From assembly GCA_951406725.2 (NCBI GenBank), contig OX597837.1:36704001-36768000 (forward strand): DNA of 64,000 nt, read 5' to 3'. Every line of letters begins with the position of its first letter. The first letter of the stretch is position 1. The position numbers and the translations under genes were made by a program. Origin of the DNA: Octopus vulgaris. Lineage: Eukaryota. The notes beneath the pieces are model-generated. The model did not search any database, had not been told where the DNA came from, and worked only from the letters and a program-made list of their open reading frames with translations. Of this stretch, positions 55,701 through 64,000 are shown in pieces.

Positions 55701-57626
55701 TGATGGCAATGCTGTCACTCACTAATCCATTAATATGAATGAGAGTTACACATCTCTGAAGATTTGACAGCGCAATGTGATTATGTGCTTATATAATTAA
55801 TTCTTTGTTAATGAAATATCCATAAGGTGTTGTCTCTAAATATTTATATACATTTTCTCTCGTTTTTGTACTCTGTGCTCTATCCTCCTATGGATTCCAT
55901 CCAAATGATACTTGGATTATAATAGTACAAGTCCTCCTCACAGGCTTTCTCCAGTTATATTTGAATACATGCACAGTTCTAAATATTGATTACTTGTTCA
56001 GCAATTTAAATTTTGAATCGCATCATTTGTGCGTCTGTTGCTCAGTCTGGTCGGTCAGATTTTCTAATAGAGTTGTTTCCTAACCATAATTTAGTTTATC
56101 ATTAAACCATGGTGAAAAATAAGAGAAAAAGAAGTTGATGCTTTAAAAATCAACAATTTTTTTCTTTCATTGTTAAAAAGTTTATATTGGACATGACTGT
56201 CCGATAGAGAACATCAAGAAAAGATTCTTTACATAGCAGAATTTTTTGATAGAGAACAAACAGCAGTTTAGTTTAAATCATTATGTAGATATGTGTGTGT
56301 GTGTGTATTTCTCTGTGCTTTCATAATGTGAATATGTTCCTGTGTTCTTTATAAGAGACTTTGCAAACAGACTTTGCCAATGCTGGTGCCACATAAAAAC
56401 CACTCTGTAAAGTGGTTGGCGTTAGGAAGGGCATCCAGCTATAAAAATGATTCCAAAACAGACAGCCCTCATTGTTGCTGATTCCAAATAAAAAGCATGC
56501 AGTCCACTGTGGTCCAAGTGGTTGGCATTAGGACAGGCATCCAGCTGTGAAAACCATGCCAAAACAGACATTGGAGCTTGGCACCGTCTTCTGGCATGCC
56601 AGCTCCTGTCAAACCATCCAACTCATGCCAGAATGGAAAACAGATGTTAAATGATGTTGATGATGATGAAGGGAAGTGAGAGATTGCGTGTGTGTGAGTG
56701 TACTAATTGTGTACTAATGTACTTTAGGCTGACCGACCAAAGCTGAGAGAGAGAGAGAAAGAGACAAGCTTCTCTTCTGATTGATTTCCAAAAAGTAGCT
56801 TCTTCCTATAATGTACAACAGACTCCAGAGAAGAGTCTGTTGAGGATTTGCTGAGCCATTCTGATTGGTCAGTTTTAGCCAATGAGAACAGTCAATCTGC
56901 CCTTGTTAGATCGGTTCATCTTTTGGTGCAAATTTATACTTGCAGTAGATTTGACCAATGTCATTTAAGAATTCCCAGCATGGCTGTGTGGTTCAGGACC
57001 TTGTTTTGCAACCAGAGTGTTTCAGGTTCAGTCCCACTATGCAGCACCTTTGGCAACAGTCTTTTACTATAACTTCAGGCTGACCATTGCCTTGCGAGTG
57101 GATTCGGCAAACAGAAACTGTGTGGAAGCCTTGGTACTTATTCTATAGGTCTCTTTTTGCTGAAGCACTACATTATGGGGATGTAAAAAAACCAACACCG
57201 GTTGTCAAATGGTAACGAGGAACAAACACAGACAGTCTTTGCATTCTGTGTTCCAATTCTGCCAAGGTCAGTTTTGCCTTTTATCCTTCCAGGGTCAATA
57301 AAATACATACCAGTTGAACACTGGAGTCAATGTAATCGACTGAAACTTTCCTTCGAAATTCCTGGCCTTGTGCCAAATATTTGAAGCCCCTATTTCAGGC
57401 CAAAATGTATGTACATTGATTGTCTGTGAACTTCTAGAATTTTCTTGCTTCTTCTCTTTTGCAGCCAGACAGAATTATCAAATACAAACCAGTCTATAAA
57501 GGTCTGACCGGGAAGAGAAAAAGACCCAAACTACAGTTTAATGATTGTCTGAAGGAAATGGTAAGTAGGGAATGATGGTGATGGTGATGATGATGTCATC
57601 ATCACCACCACCACAACCATCATCAC

Positions 57627-57658
<32 letters not shown>

Positions 57659-57987
57659 CCACCACCACAACCATCATCACCATCATCATCACAATCATCC
57701 CGTTAGTCATCATGACTACCATCATCATTGTAATTATTAAATCACCACCACCACCACCATGAAAATAAAATAATAATAACAACAAGAGCACTGAGAGTTC
57801 CAACCTCTGCCAAGGCAACACCAGCATCCTCTCAACAATTAGCCAGAGATGATTTTTTAAATGAGAATATCTGAAATAAACTCGACTGCTCTCACAAATG
57901 AGAATACTAAAAATGAACCCAACCACTCTCTCAAAAATTAAGTAAAAAAAAAGCAGGAAAAATAATCCAGAATCCTTGTATATAACA

Positions 57988-58024
<37 letters not shown>

Positions 58025-61000
58025 CATTTACTGAAAAACCCGTGGGAAATTGGATGTTTTTCCATCCCTATAAAGGAAACTTGTAGTAAATGTATTCAAT
58101 ACGAGGCTATGTGGTAAGAAGCTTGCTTCCCAACCACATGGTTCCAGGTTCAGTCCTACTACGTGACACCTCAAGTGAGTGTCTTCAATAGCCTTGTGTT
58201 GACCAAAGCCTTGTGAGTAGATTTGGTAGATGGAAACTGAAAGAAACCTCTCGTATATATATATATGTATATATGTGTGTGTTTGCCCCCCACCTCATCA
58301 TCGCTTGACAACCGATCTTGGTGTGTTTACATCCCTGTAACTTAGCAGTTCGGCAAGAAGAGACTGATAGAATAAGTACTGGGGTCGATTTGTTTGACTA
58401 AAGGCGGTGCTCCAGCATGGCCGCAATCAAATGACTGAAACAAGTAAAAGAATAAAAGAATATATATATATAAATTGTTCATCCAAAAAAGTTGAGAAAT
58501 AAATGAAATGAAGCTGAAAATGTACACAGAAAATCTTAGAATTAATTAGAATTTAATTCTATTTTAAAATATAAAAATACACCCGACCGGTTTCACATTA
58601 GACTTTCAAACGTATATACTATATGAAGCTGTGTCTAAAACTGTGTCTGTTCTGGCCATTATTGTATTTTTTATGTTTTTCTTTGTTATATTTTTTTCTT
58701 CTTTGTTGCCTTTCCTCTTCCTTCTCCTCCGCCGCCACCATTTTTACCATCGTAATCCTCCGTCTTTCAGATCTGTGAGTTTGTGAAGATGAGAATCCTC
58801 CACGACTACCTCGGCCACCCGTGTCACCGAGGGATGTACTACGACCACATGGCACGACAACTTCACGAGAGTTTCATGCTGAAGAAGAGTGAACGGGTAA
58901 TGGGACGTGAGAAAATAATTAACGAGGTAAGCGAAATTAACAACAATTTAGTTATGCATGCATATGCACACACGCACACATCATCATCATCATTATCATC
59001 ATTTAACATCCACTTTCCATGCTAGCCTTGGTTGGGCAGTTTGTCAATGAACCATAAGGCCACAAGGCTGTGCCAAGTTCTTGTCATCTTTAGTGTGGTT
59101 TCTATGGCTGGAAGTCCTTCCTAATACCAACATACCTTAAAGTATGTACGGGGTACTTTCTTTTTTTGTGGCACCAACATTAGTGAGGTTGCTTGTCATC
59201 TAACTTGCAAGACAGAAAAGTAGGAAAAAGAAATGGAGAAGTGAGGAAAAACTCTTACTACTTAGAGAGGGGAAAGTGTTGATGGGTATCTTTATTATAA
59301 GTGTTGAAAGGATAAACTATGATAGGAGACTAACCAAGGAAGTATATATGGATTTAAAGACTCTCATACTAAAGTGTACTTACCAAAATCAAAAGCAGTA
59401 ATTTTTAACTTATATTTCAAACAAACACCGGTTTATAGTATTACTTCAAATTAAAAAAAAAAAAACTACCATTCAATATATTATACAAAATTCAAATTTT
59501 ATATCTCTGAAGAGCAGAAGAGTTATCTATAAATGCTTATCAAAATAGGATTCCATTAGAAGGACAGCACTTCTGTGAAACGATCGTAAGATGCTTTAAT
59601 AACTTTTTTCAAAACTTTTAAACTGTCATATACATTATATATTTATACTTATACATATTTACATATATTTTTATATTTTTGATACAACAATTATTTTACA
59701 TACATATATATATTTCTGAAGAATTTTCTAATATTGATTTCCTGATATTAATTATATATATATACATATATATATACACACACATAATTGAAGGAAGGCC
59801 ATTTGGCCATAGAAAATCTACCTCAATAAATTCTGTGCAACCCATGCTGGCATGGAAAAAAGGGCATTAAATAATGATTAGACATATATGTGGAAGGAGA
59901 TAGCAAGACTAGAGGCCAATTCCCAGGGATTCCTAAATTTAAACATCCAACCTGTAATTAAGAACAACAAAATAAAAACAATCGTTGCTCGTTAAAAATT
60001 AATTTTATGTTTTTCTATGTTTGTTTCTTTGTATCCGACCAGATTGAACAATACATTGTCCAAGAGAAGAGAGACGTACCTCTTATTTTGGTGGGTGGAG
60101 CTGGTTCAGGCAAGTCTTCAGTTCTGTGCAAGGCTGCGGCTCTTATTTCTAAAAAGGCTAGTGAGGATCTGAAAAGGTAAGCATCTACCCCTAACATCAC
60201 CTCTCATGTCCTTCCTATCCCTCGCCCTAACTACATCTTTCAAAACATATCCTAATTCCTTTCAGTGAAATTAATCAGAAAAGTCCTTGGAATTTCATCT
60301 AAAAGGGCCAAGCCCTTTTTAATGCTCTGGTTTAGTACCATTTATATTCACAGGCATGGCTGCATGATTAAGGAGCTTGCTTCACAACCATCTGTAGCTG
60401 GAATATTCAATATATTCGTTCTTCACCCATTATTGTTCTTATTTTATCTTATGCCCATTGTCTTGAAATCTTTCAACACACGTGTCCTCCTGTTTCAATG
60501 GACTAAACAAGAGACACATGGATGGAAGAGCCACTGAAGAGATCACAGGTGGGTGACAAAAGATTTCCAGACAATGGACATCAGATAGAATAAGAATAAT
60601 AAACAAGTGAAGAACACATATATATATATATATAGTGCATGTGTTTATTTGGCAAGAGATAAAAAAAAAGACCATCTTGAAATATAATAAAATCTGTTGC
60701 AATACACAATTTCACAACAAGAATCTTACAAAACAAATTCATAAAAAAAACAAAATAGTTCGCTAATAAATTCAGCACCCTTAATGCTCAAAATCATTTC
60801 AGGTGTTTAGAGACCCCACCTTGAAAAGCTAAGGCATCCCACCACCCCAGCAAAGGTTGAATATTGACCATTTTATTTTACCAGCCGCTGCTCTAAGTCA
60901 TTAAGACAATAAAATCTTATGCCTGATATGTTGCTGTTTAGTATGTTTTTTTCATCATTTTTTTGTTTTTTATTAAAGTATTTGAGTTTTTTTTTTTGTT

Positions 61001-63701
61001 CACTCTTCTCCCTCTCCTCTTCATCAGTGCAAGTGGAAAGTCTTGGCATGTCTTTTACCATTTTGTTGGCGCCGTACCAGGTTCTACAACCGTTGAGGTC
61101 ATGCTCAAAAGACTACTTCGAGAAATGGACAGAATTAATGTAAGTTAACGACTAGTTCTCCCTTGTTTTATTCGTGTGTGTGTATAGACACAGGCGTGGC
61201 TGTGTGATTAGAAGATTGCTTCCCAACCACATAGTTCCGGGTTCAGTTCCACTGTGTGGCACCTTGGACAAATGTCTTCAACTATAGCCATGAGCTGACC
61301 AAAGCCTTCTAAGTGGATTTGGTAGACAGAAACTGAAAGAAGCCTGTTGTGTATATATGTGTGTGTGTGTATATATATATACATATCTGGAGTGGCTGTG
61401 TGGTAAGTAGCTTGCTAACCAACCACATGGTTCCGGGTTCAATCCCACTGCGTGGAGTCTTCTGCTATAGCCCCGGGTCGACCAATGCCTTGTGAGTGGA
61501 TTTGGTAGATGGAAACTGAAAGAAGCCTGTCGTATATATGTATATATATATATATATATGTGTGTGTGTTTGTGTTTGTCCCCCTAGCATTGCTTGACAA
61601 CCGATGCTGGTGTGTTTACGTCCCCGTCACTTACCGGTTCGGCAAAAGAGACCGATAGAATAAGTACTGGGCTTACAAAGAATAAGTCTCGGGGTCGATT
61701 TGCTCGACTAAAGGCGGTGCTCCAGCATGGCCGCAGTCAAATGACTGAAACAAGTAAAAGAGAGTAAGAGTATATATATATATATATAGTGATGTGATGT
61801 GAATTTGGTGACAAATGGTCCTCTCATATCATCTTCATCACCTCCTACCATTCCTTGCCTTTCTTATAATTCTTGATCATTCCTGTCTATTAAGCTTCTT
61901 TCCTCCCTTCCAAACATGACAATCCAGTACGTAACTTGCCTGCAATATCACATTGTCTTTCTTTCTTTTACCAGGACTCCAATATGCCGCCCAAAGACCT
62001 TGACGCCACAGCCCAGATGTGTTGCAGTATGTTGTCCAACCCAAACACACGTCCTCTCATTATGTTTGTCGATGCCCTCAACCAGGTAAATATCATAAAG
62101 GAACACGTCTTCTAGATAAAGACTCCCCAACACCCTTTATCAGTCATGTCTACAAAACCTAGTTCAGTCATTGGTGAATAAGCACGTACTGGTGCCGTGT
62201 AATAAGCACACGTATCAGGTGGCACGTAAAAGCACCCGTGTTGGTGCCAGGTGATAAACACCTATACAGGTGTCACATTCAAAAGCACCCATGCTACATA
62301 AAAATCACTCATTACACCATGTAGAGGTGTCGAGCTGGCAGAAACGTTAGCATGCCGGGCGAAATGTCTAGCGGTATTTCGTCTGCCATTACGTTCTGAG
62401 TTCAAAATTCCGCCGAGGTCGACTTTGCCTTTCATCCTTTCGGGGTCGATGAATTAAGTACCAGTTATGCACTGGGGGTCGATATAATCGACTTAATCCG
62501 TTTATATGTCCTTGTTTGTCCTCTGTGTTTAGCCCCTTGTGGGGCAGTAAAGAAATATGTAGAGTGGTTGGTACTAGGAAGGGCATCCAGCTGTAGAGAC
62601 CATGATTAGAACCTGCTGCAGCTCTCCAGCCGGCCTGCTCCTGTCTAACTGTCCAACCCATGCCAGCTAGGAAAACGGATATTAAATGATGATGATGGTA
62701 ATGATAGGATGGAAAGCAAAATTGACCCCTGGCCTGATTTGAATTCGGAACAAAAACACCTGGAGCAAATATTGGCAAAGACATTTTGTTTGATGTTCTG
62801 ACAAATCTTTTAGGGAACCGCTCGGGATTTGGAACTTTATTTTATCTCCCAAGAACAGATGAAATCTTGGCAAGATGTCCTACTCCTGCCTGCTCATGGT
62901 ACTCCTTTTACTTAGTCATGGTCCTCCTCCCACATGGTTGCACTCCTCCTCCCACCTGGTCGCACGTTCCTCCTCCCACCCGGTCACACGCCTCCTCCCA
63001 CCCAGTTGCACTCTCCTCCCACCCGGTCGTGCTAATCTCCCCTTAACCGTTCACACTAACCTCCTCCCACCCAGTCACGCTAATCTCCTCCCATTCAGTC
63101 GCACTCTTCTTCCCACCCAGTTGCGCACCTCCCACCCGGTCGCACTCCTCCTCCCACTCGGTCACACTCTCCTCCTCCCACCCGTTCACGCTCTCCTCCT
63201 CCCACCCGGTCGCACACCTCCTCCCTCCCAGTTGCACTTCTCCACCCACCCGGTCGCGCTCTCCTCCTCCCACCCGGTCACACTCCTCCTCCCACCTGAT
63301 TGCACTCCTCCACTACTAATCCATGATGCTCTTCCTACCTAGTCGTGGTGCTCCACCCACCTAATCATGGTAACTCCACCCACCTTGTGGTTTCCACTGC
63401 CTTACATTTGAACCTACCACCATATAAAATTTATTAAAAAAACCCCATGCCTCCATCATTTCACTCAAACCCACAATAACCAAGCCATAATCTCCGACAT
63501 TCTTTTTTTCCCTCTTATTTCTCGTAGTTTGTTGATGACCAGGCTGCTCGGGTACTGAGTTGGTTGCCACGGAAACTAGCACCACAAGTTCGAATAATTT
63601 TCTCATCCATAGGCAAATCCCAGCAACATCTGACATTGATCAATCGCGAGACGAAACCGATTGAAATACACATAACTCCACTGGACGTGGAGTCGCGTAA
63701 G
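28837..63701 (+). CDS. Spliced gene, 3'-incomplete: DUF4062-like + NACHT (STAND NTPase) protein, TEP1/NWD-like; 11 coding exons, 448 aa in window
   Basis: Exons 28837-28950, 38504-38572, 47093-47202, 52271-52404, 53781-53914, 57465-57560, 58771-58926, 60043-60176, 61028-61139, 61975-62085, 63528-63701 have pyrimidine tract+AG acceptors and GT (first: GC) donors; intron phases 0,0,2,1,0,0,0,2,0,0 join with no stop. Motifs: [19 protein letters not shown]...IKWG and LGWVP...LDLEV (DUF4062-like), [30 protein letters not shown] (NACHT). Confidence 0.92.
29000..29220. mobile_element. piggyBac-type MITE
   Basis: TTAA|CCCTTTAG...CTAAAGGG|TTAA; related copies near 45943-46316 and 50150-50380. Confidence 0.75.
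30691..30910. mobile_element. piggyBac-type MITE, second family
   Basis: TTAA|CCCTTTC...GAAAGGG|TTAA. Confidence 0.75.
32424..33313 (-). mobile_element. Tc1/mariner DD37D (maT-type) remnant with degenerate TIRs
   Basis: minus strand WQQDSAPCH...[16 protein letters not shown] with 37 residues between the 2nd and 3rd D (one in-frame stop); ends ctgggtgtggtg / catcacaccctg|TA. Confidence 0.88.
33530..33790 (-). pseudogene. Two decayed C2H2 zinc fingers, probably the 3' end of an RTE-like LINE ORF
   Basis: minus strand [21 protein letters not shown] then frameshift [20 protein letters not shown], stop, short UTR, (TA)n. Confidence 0.6.
34234..34278 (+). ncRNA. Minimal type-I hammerhead ribozyme motif
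   Basis: GG(A)CCA-CUGAUGA-G-GUCACA(GGAG)UGUGAC-GAAA-GAAC-UC|UGGCC; predicted cut after 34273. Confidence 0.75.
34659..34806. repeat. Inverted repeat (34659-34721 / 34733-34806)
   Basis: ttaccagataatactcaatcacatacttt / aaagtatgtgattgagtattatctggtaa plus outer arm with ~10-nt indel. Confidence 0.85.
34838..34984. repeat. Inverted repeat (34838-34899 / 34921-34984) containing the 3' half of a hammerhead
   Basis: ~62-bp arms; AGAUG...CAUCU-GAAA-CUCAGAG-UU. Confidence 0.8.
35291..35382 (-). ncRNA. Hammerhead ribozyme motif, left arm of large palindrome
   Basis: reverse complement of 36016-36107. Confidence 0.8.
36016..36107 (+). ncRNA. Hammerhead ribozyme motif, right arm of large palindrome
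   Basis: AUUUUCUUC-CUGAAGA-GAAAGACACAA...UUGUGCCUUUC-GAAA-CACGUG-UA|GAAUGAAAU; palindromic stem III; predicted cut after 36098. Confidence 0.82.
36362..36500 (-). mobile_element. Mariner transposase HTH fragment
   Basis: [32 protein letters not shown] resembles the mariner HTH that precedes WVPH. Confidence 0.6.
37954..38418. mobile_element. Double-palindromic insertion, probable Penelope-like remnant
   Basis: outer arms start 38013 / end 38418; symmetry centres at 38140/41 and 38290/91; interrupts a locally duplicated intronic segment. Confidence 0.7.
38096..38335. ncRNA. Four head-to-head hammerhead-like motifs with G3:C8 core (- 38096-38140, + 38141-38184, - 38247-38290, + 38291-38335)
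   Basis: consensus GUCA-GUGAACA-G-GUCGC(loop)GCGAC-GAAA-AUAU-UU|UGAC. Confidence 0.65.
38504..38572 (+). CDS. Coding exon 2 ([23 protein letters not shown])
   Basis: acceptor tcttaccttttag|, donor TGG|gtgagt, phase 0/0; resembles the PEL...DLRW segment of DUF4062. Confidence 0.88.
40415..40451 (+). ncRNA. Minimal hammerhead motif (stem III mismatch)
   Basis: UGUUU-CUGACGA-A-GAGC(UCU)GCUC-GAAA-CA-UU|AAACA. Confidence 0.7.
43660..44990. repeat. Compound (AAT/GAT)n then (CAC/CAT)n tract
   Basis: direct reading. Confidence 0.95.
46690..46965 (+). mobile_element. RTE-clade LINE RT C-terminal fragment
   Basis: [20 protein letters not shown]...ILQAEPTGR, decayed form of LRWYGHV.RM...G.RPRGRP. 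Confidence 0.6.
47093..47202 (+). CDS. Coding exon 3 ([36 protein letters not shown])
   Basis: acceptor tccctccaacag|, donor AG|gtaagt, phase 0/2. Confidence 0.88.
47856..48363. mobile_element. Tc1-type MITE with nested SINE (47935-48165)
   Basis: TA-flanked TIRs tagggtgttcaaaaagtctctcc / ggagagacttttttgaccaccctg; SINE flanked by 16-bp duplication GGTATAAGACTACAAA (47919, 48166). Confidence 0.8.
47935..48165 (+). mobile_element. tRNA-derived SINE family B (others ~3206, 13263-13867 -, 22431 -, 30054-30620, 37463-37866 -, 42805-43385 -, 62327)
   Basis: ggcggcgagctggcagaaacgttagc...gagttcaaattcc...cctttcatcctttc..gtcga..aagtaccag; 16-bp TSD here. Confidence 0.88.
48395..48615. mobile_element. 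piggyBac-type MITE, inverted copy of the 30691 family
   Basis: TTAA|CCCTTTCGTTAC...GTAACGAAAGGG|TTAA. Confidence 0.78.
51030..52095 (+). mobile_element. RTE-clade LINE 3' fragment (RT C-terminus + UTR) interrupted by nested SINEs (~51555-52035)
   Basis: [21 protein letters not shown]...[15 protein letters not shown]...DRALW; ends ccaacccatgc..atggaa..gttaaatgatgat. Confidence 0.75.
52271..52404 (+). CDS. Coding exon 4 ([45 protein letters not shown])
   Basis: acceptor cttacccgcag|, donor T|gtaagt, phase 2/1; GWVP and TSLDLEV motifs. Confidence 0.9.
52428..52870. repeat. (CT/CTTT)n tract just downstream of exon 4
   Basis: direct reading. Confidence 0.95.
53311..53356 (-). ncRNA. Minimal hammerhead motif
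   Basis: minus strand CCAC-CUGAUGA-A-UGUC(9 nt)GACA-A-GAAA-CGAUCG-UA|GUGG. Confidence 0.78.
53781..53914 (+). CDS. Coding exon 5 ([45 protein letters not shown])
   Basis: acceptor ctctcttccag|, donor CCA|gtaagt, phase 1/0. Confidence 0.9.
53952..54790 (+). mobile_element. tRNA-headed SINE family C with about 4 tandem copies of its 3' body; related copy ~50470-50745
   Basis: tggctcagtggttagagcg...gagttcaattccc head; repeated ggaggctggtatgcat...ctaggtgcaatcccatggtcatt. Confidence 0.7.
54923..55005 (-). ncRNA. Hammerhead motif with long stem II
   Basis: minus strand UAGCU-CUGAGGA-A-GCCAAAAGAUG...CAUCUUAUGGC-A-GAAA-CUACUG-UA|AGCUA. Confidence 0.7.
55750..55830 (+). ncRNA. Hammerhead motif, diverged
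   Basis: ACAUCU-CUGAAGA-UUUGACAG...UUGUUAAU-GAAA-UAUCCA-UA|AGGUGU. Confidence 0.62.
57465..57560 (+). CDS. Coding exon 6 ([32 protein letters not shown])
   Basis: acceptor ctcttttgcag|, donor ATG|gtaagt, phase 0/0. Confidence 0.85.
58771..58926 (+). CDS. Coding exon 7 ([52 protein letters not shown])
   Basis: acceptor cgtctttcag|, donor GAG|gtaagc; H..F...GRE motif that precedes the STAND P-loop. Confidence 0.92.
59502..59593 (+). ncRNA. Hammerhead ribozyme motif with intact core
   Basis: AUCU-CUGAAGA-GCAGAAG(49 nt)CUUCUGU-GAAA-CGAUCG-UA|AGAU; predicted cut after 59588. Confidence 0.82.
60043..60176 (+). CDS. Coding exon 8, Walker A ([44 protein letters not shown])
   Basis: acceptor gtatccgaccag|, donor AG|gtaagc, phase 0/2; hhhhGxxGxGKS. 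Confidence 0.95.
60531..60570 (+). ncRNA. Decayed hammerhead motif resembling 34234
   Basis: CCA-CUGAAGA-G-AUCAC(AGGUGG)GUGAC-AAAA-GAUU-UC-CAG; GAAA mutated to AAAA. Confidence 0.45.
61028..61139 (+). CDS. Coding exon 9 ([38 protein letters not shown])
   Basis: acceptor ctcttcatcag|, donor AAT|gtaagt, phase 2/0; FYHFVG..PGS motif typical of TEP1/NWD NACHT domains. Confidence 0.94.
61975..62085 (+). CDS. Coding exon 10, Walker B ([37 protein letters not shown])
   Basis: acceptor ttcttttaccag|, donor CAG|gtaaat; hhhhDALNQ. Confidence 0.94.
62920..63360. repeat. ~22-27-bp degenerate minisatellite CCCACCCGGTCGCACTCCTCCT
   Basis: direct reading. Confidence 0.85.
63528..63701 (+). CDS. Coding exon 11 ([58 protein letters not shown])
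   Basis: acceptor atttctcgtag|, donor AAG|gtaccg; LSWLP...VRIIFSS NACHT segment; gene continues beyond the window. Confidence 0.92.
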
Positions 63702-64000
63702 GTACCGTGGCCCCTCTTACTGTTTTTGCAACCACCACTACTACTACTACTGTTCTATGACCTCTACTACTACTACTATGCTATTACTATCCTATTTTGT
63801 AATTCATGACTATGCTGAGACAGTTAACCCTACCTTGTGACACCCCTGCCTCCAAACACTATATTGAGGCAGTTGACCCTACTTTGTGACTGTTGAGACG
63901 GTGAACCATAATTTGTGATACTATGTTGAGGCAGTTAACCCTACTTCGTGACACAGAAGCGGTCTCCTCCATCCAGACACTGTTGAGACCATTACACCTC

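Noticed and set aside
57461-57472. Tandem acceptors gcag/ccag/acag before exon 6
   Set aside because: Only the first keeps the frame; no evidence for alternative use.
58580-58600. Minus-strand GAAA-CCGG-UC half motif
   Set aside because: No upstream CUGANGA or stem II found.
28837-63701. Assigning the symbol TEP1, NWD1 or NPHP3
   Set aside because: Domain similarity only; the C-terminus is outside the window and orthology cannot be established.

Overview
Eukaryotic, AT-rich, repeat-saturated genomic DNA. The SINE/LINE content and dense (TA)n/(CA)n/(CAT)n microsatellites suggest an octopus (cephalopod) genome (inference from recognition, no search run). Almost all ORFs in the supplied track are microsatellite or SINE artefacts. 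One real gene is present: a + strand spliced gene with 11 coding exons between 28837 and 63701 that join in frame (448 aa, runs off the window end). It encodes a DUF4062-like domain followed by a NACHT/STAND NTPase (Walker A GGAGSGKS, Walker [11 protein letters not shown]), i.e. a TEP1/NWD-like protein. Its first coding intron uses a GC donor and an 18-codon uORF precedes the start. The rest is tRNA-derived SINEs, RTE-LINE tails, Tc1/mariner remnants (one DD37D), piggyBac-type MITEs, Helitrons and minisatellites. The main hidden signal is about 14 minimal type-I hammerhead-ribozyme motifs from several unrelated families between 26.7 and 60.6 kb, all but one inside the gene's coding-region introns, often in inverted-repeat structures next to (TA)n, as expected for Penelope-like retroelement pLTR remnants. 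They include a ~930-bp near-perfect palindrome with a ribozyme in each arm, and a four-copy double palindrome whose core carries a compensatory G3:C8 swap (GUGAACA instead of CUGANGA). Folds were worked out by eye; activity is untested.
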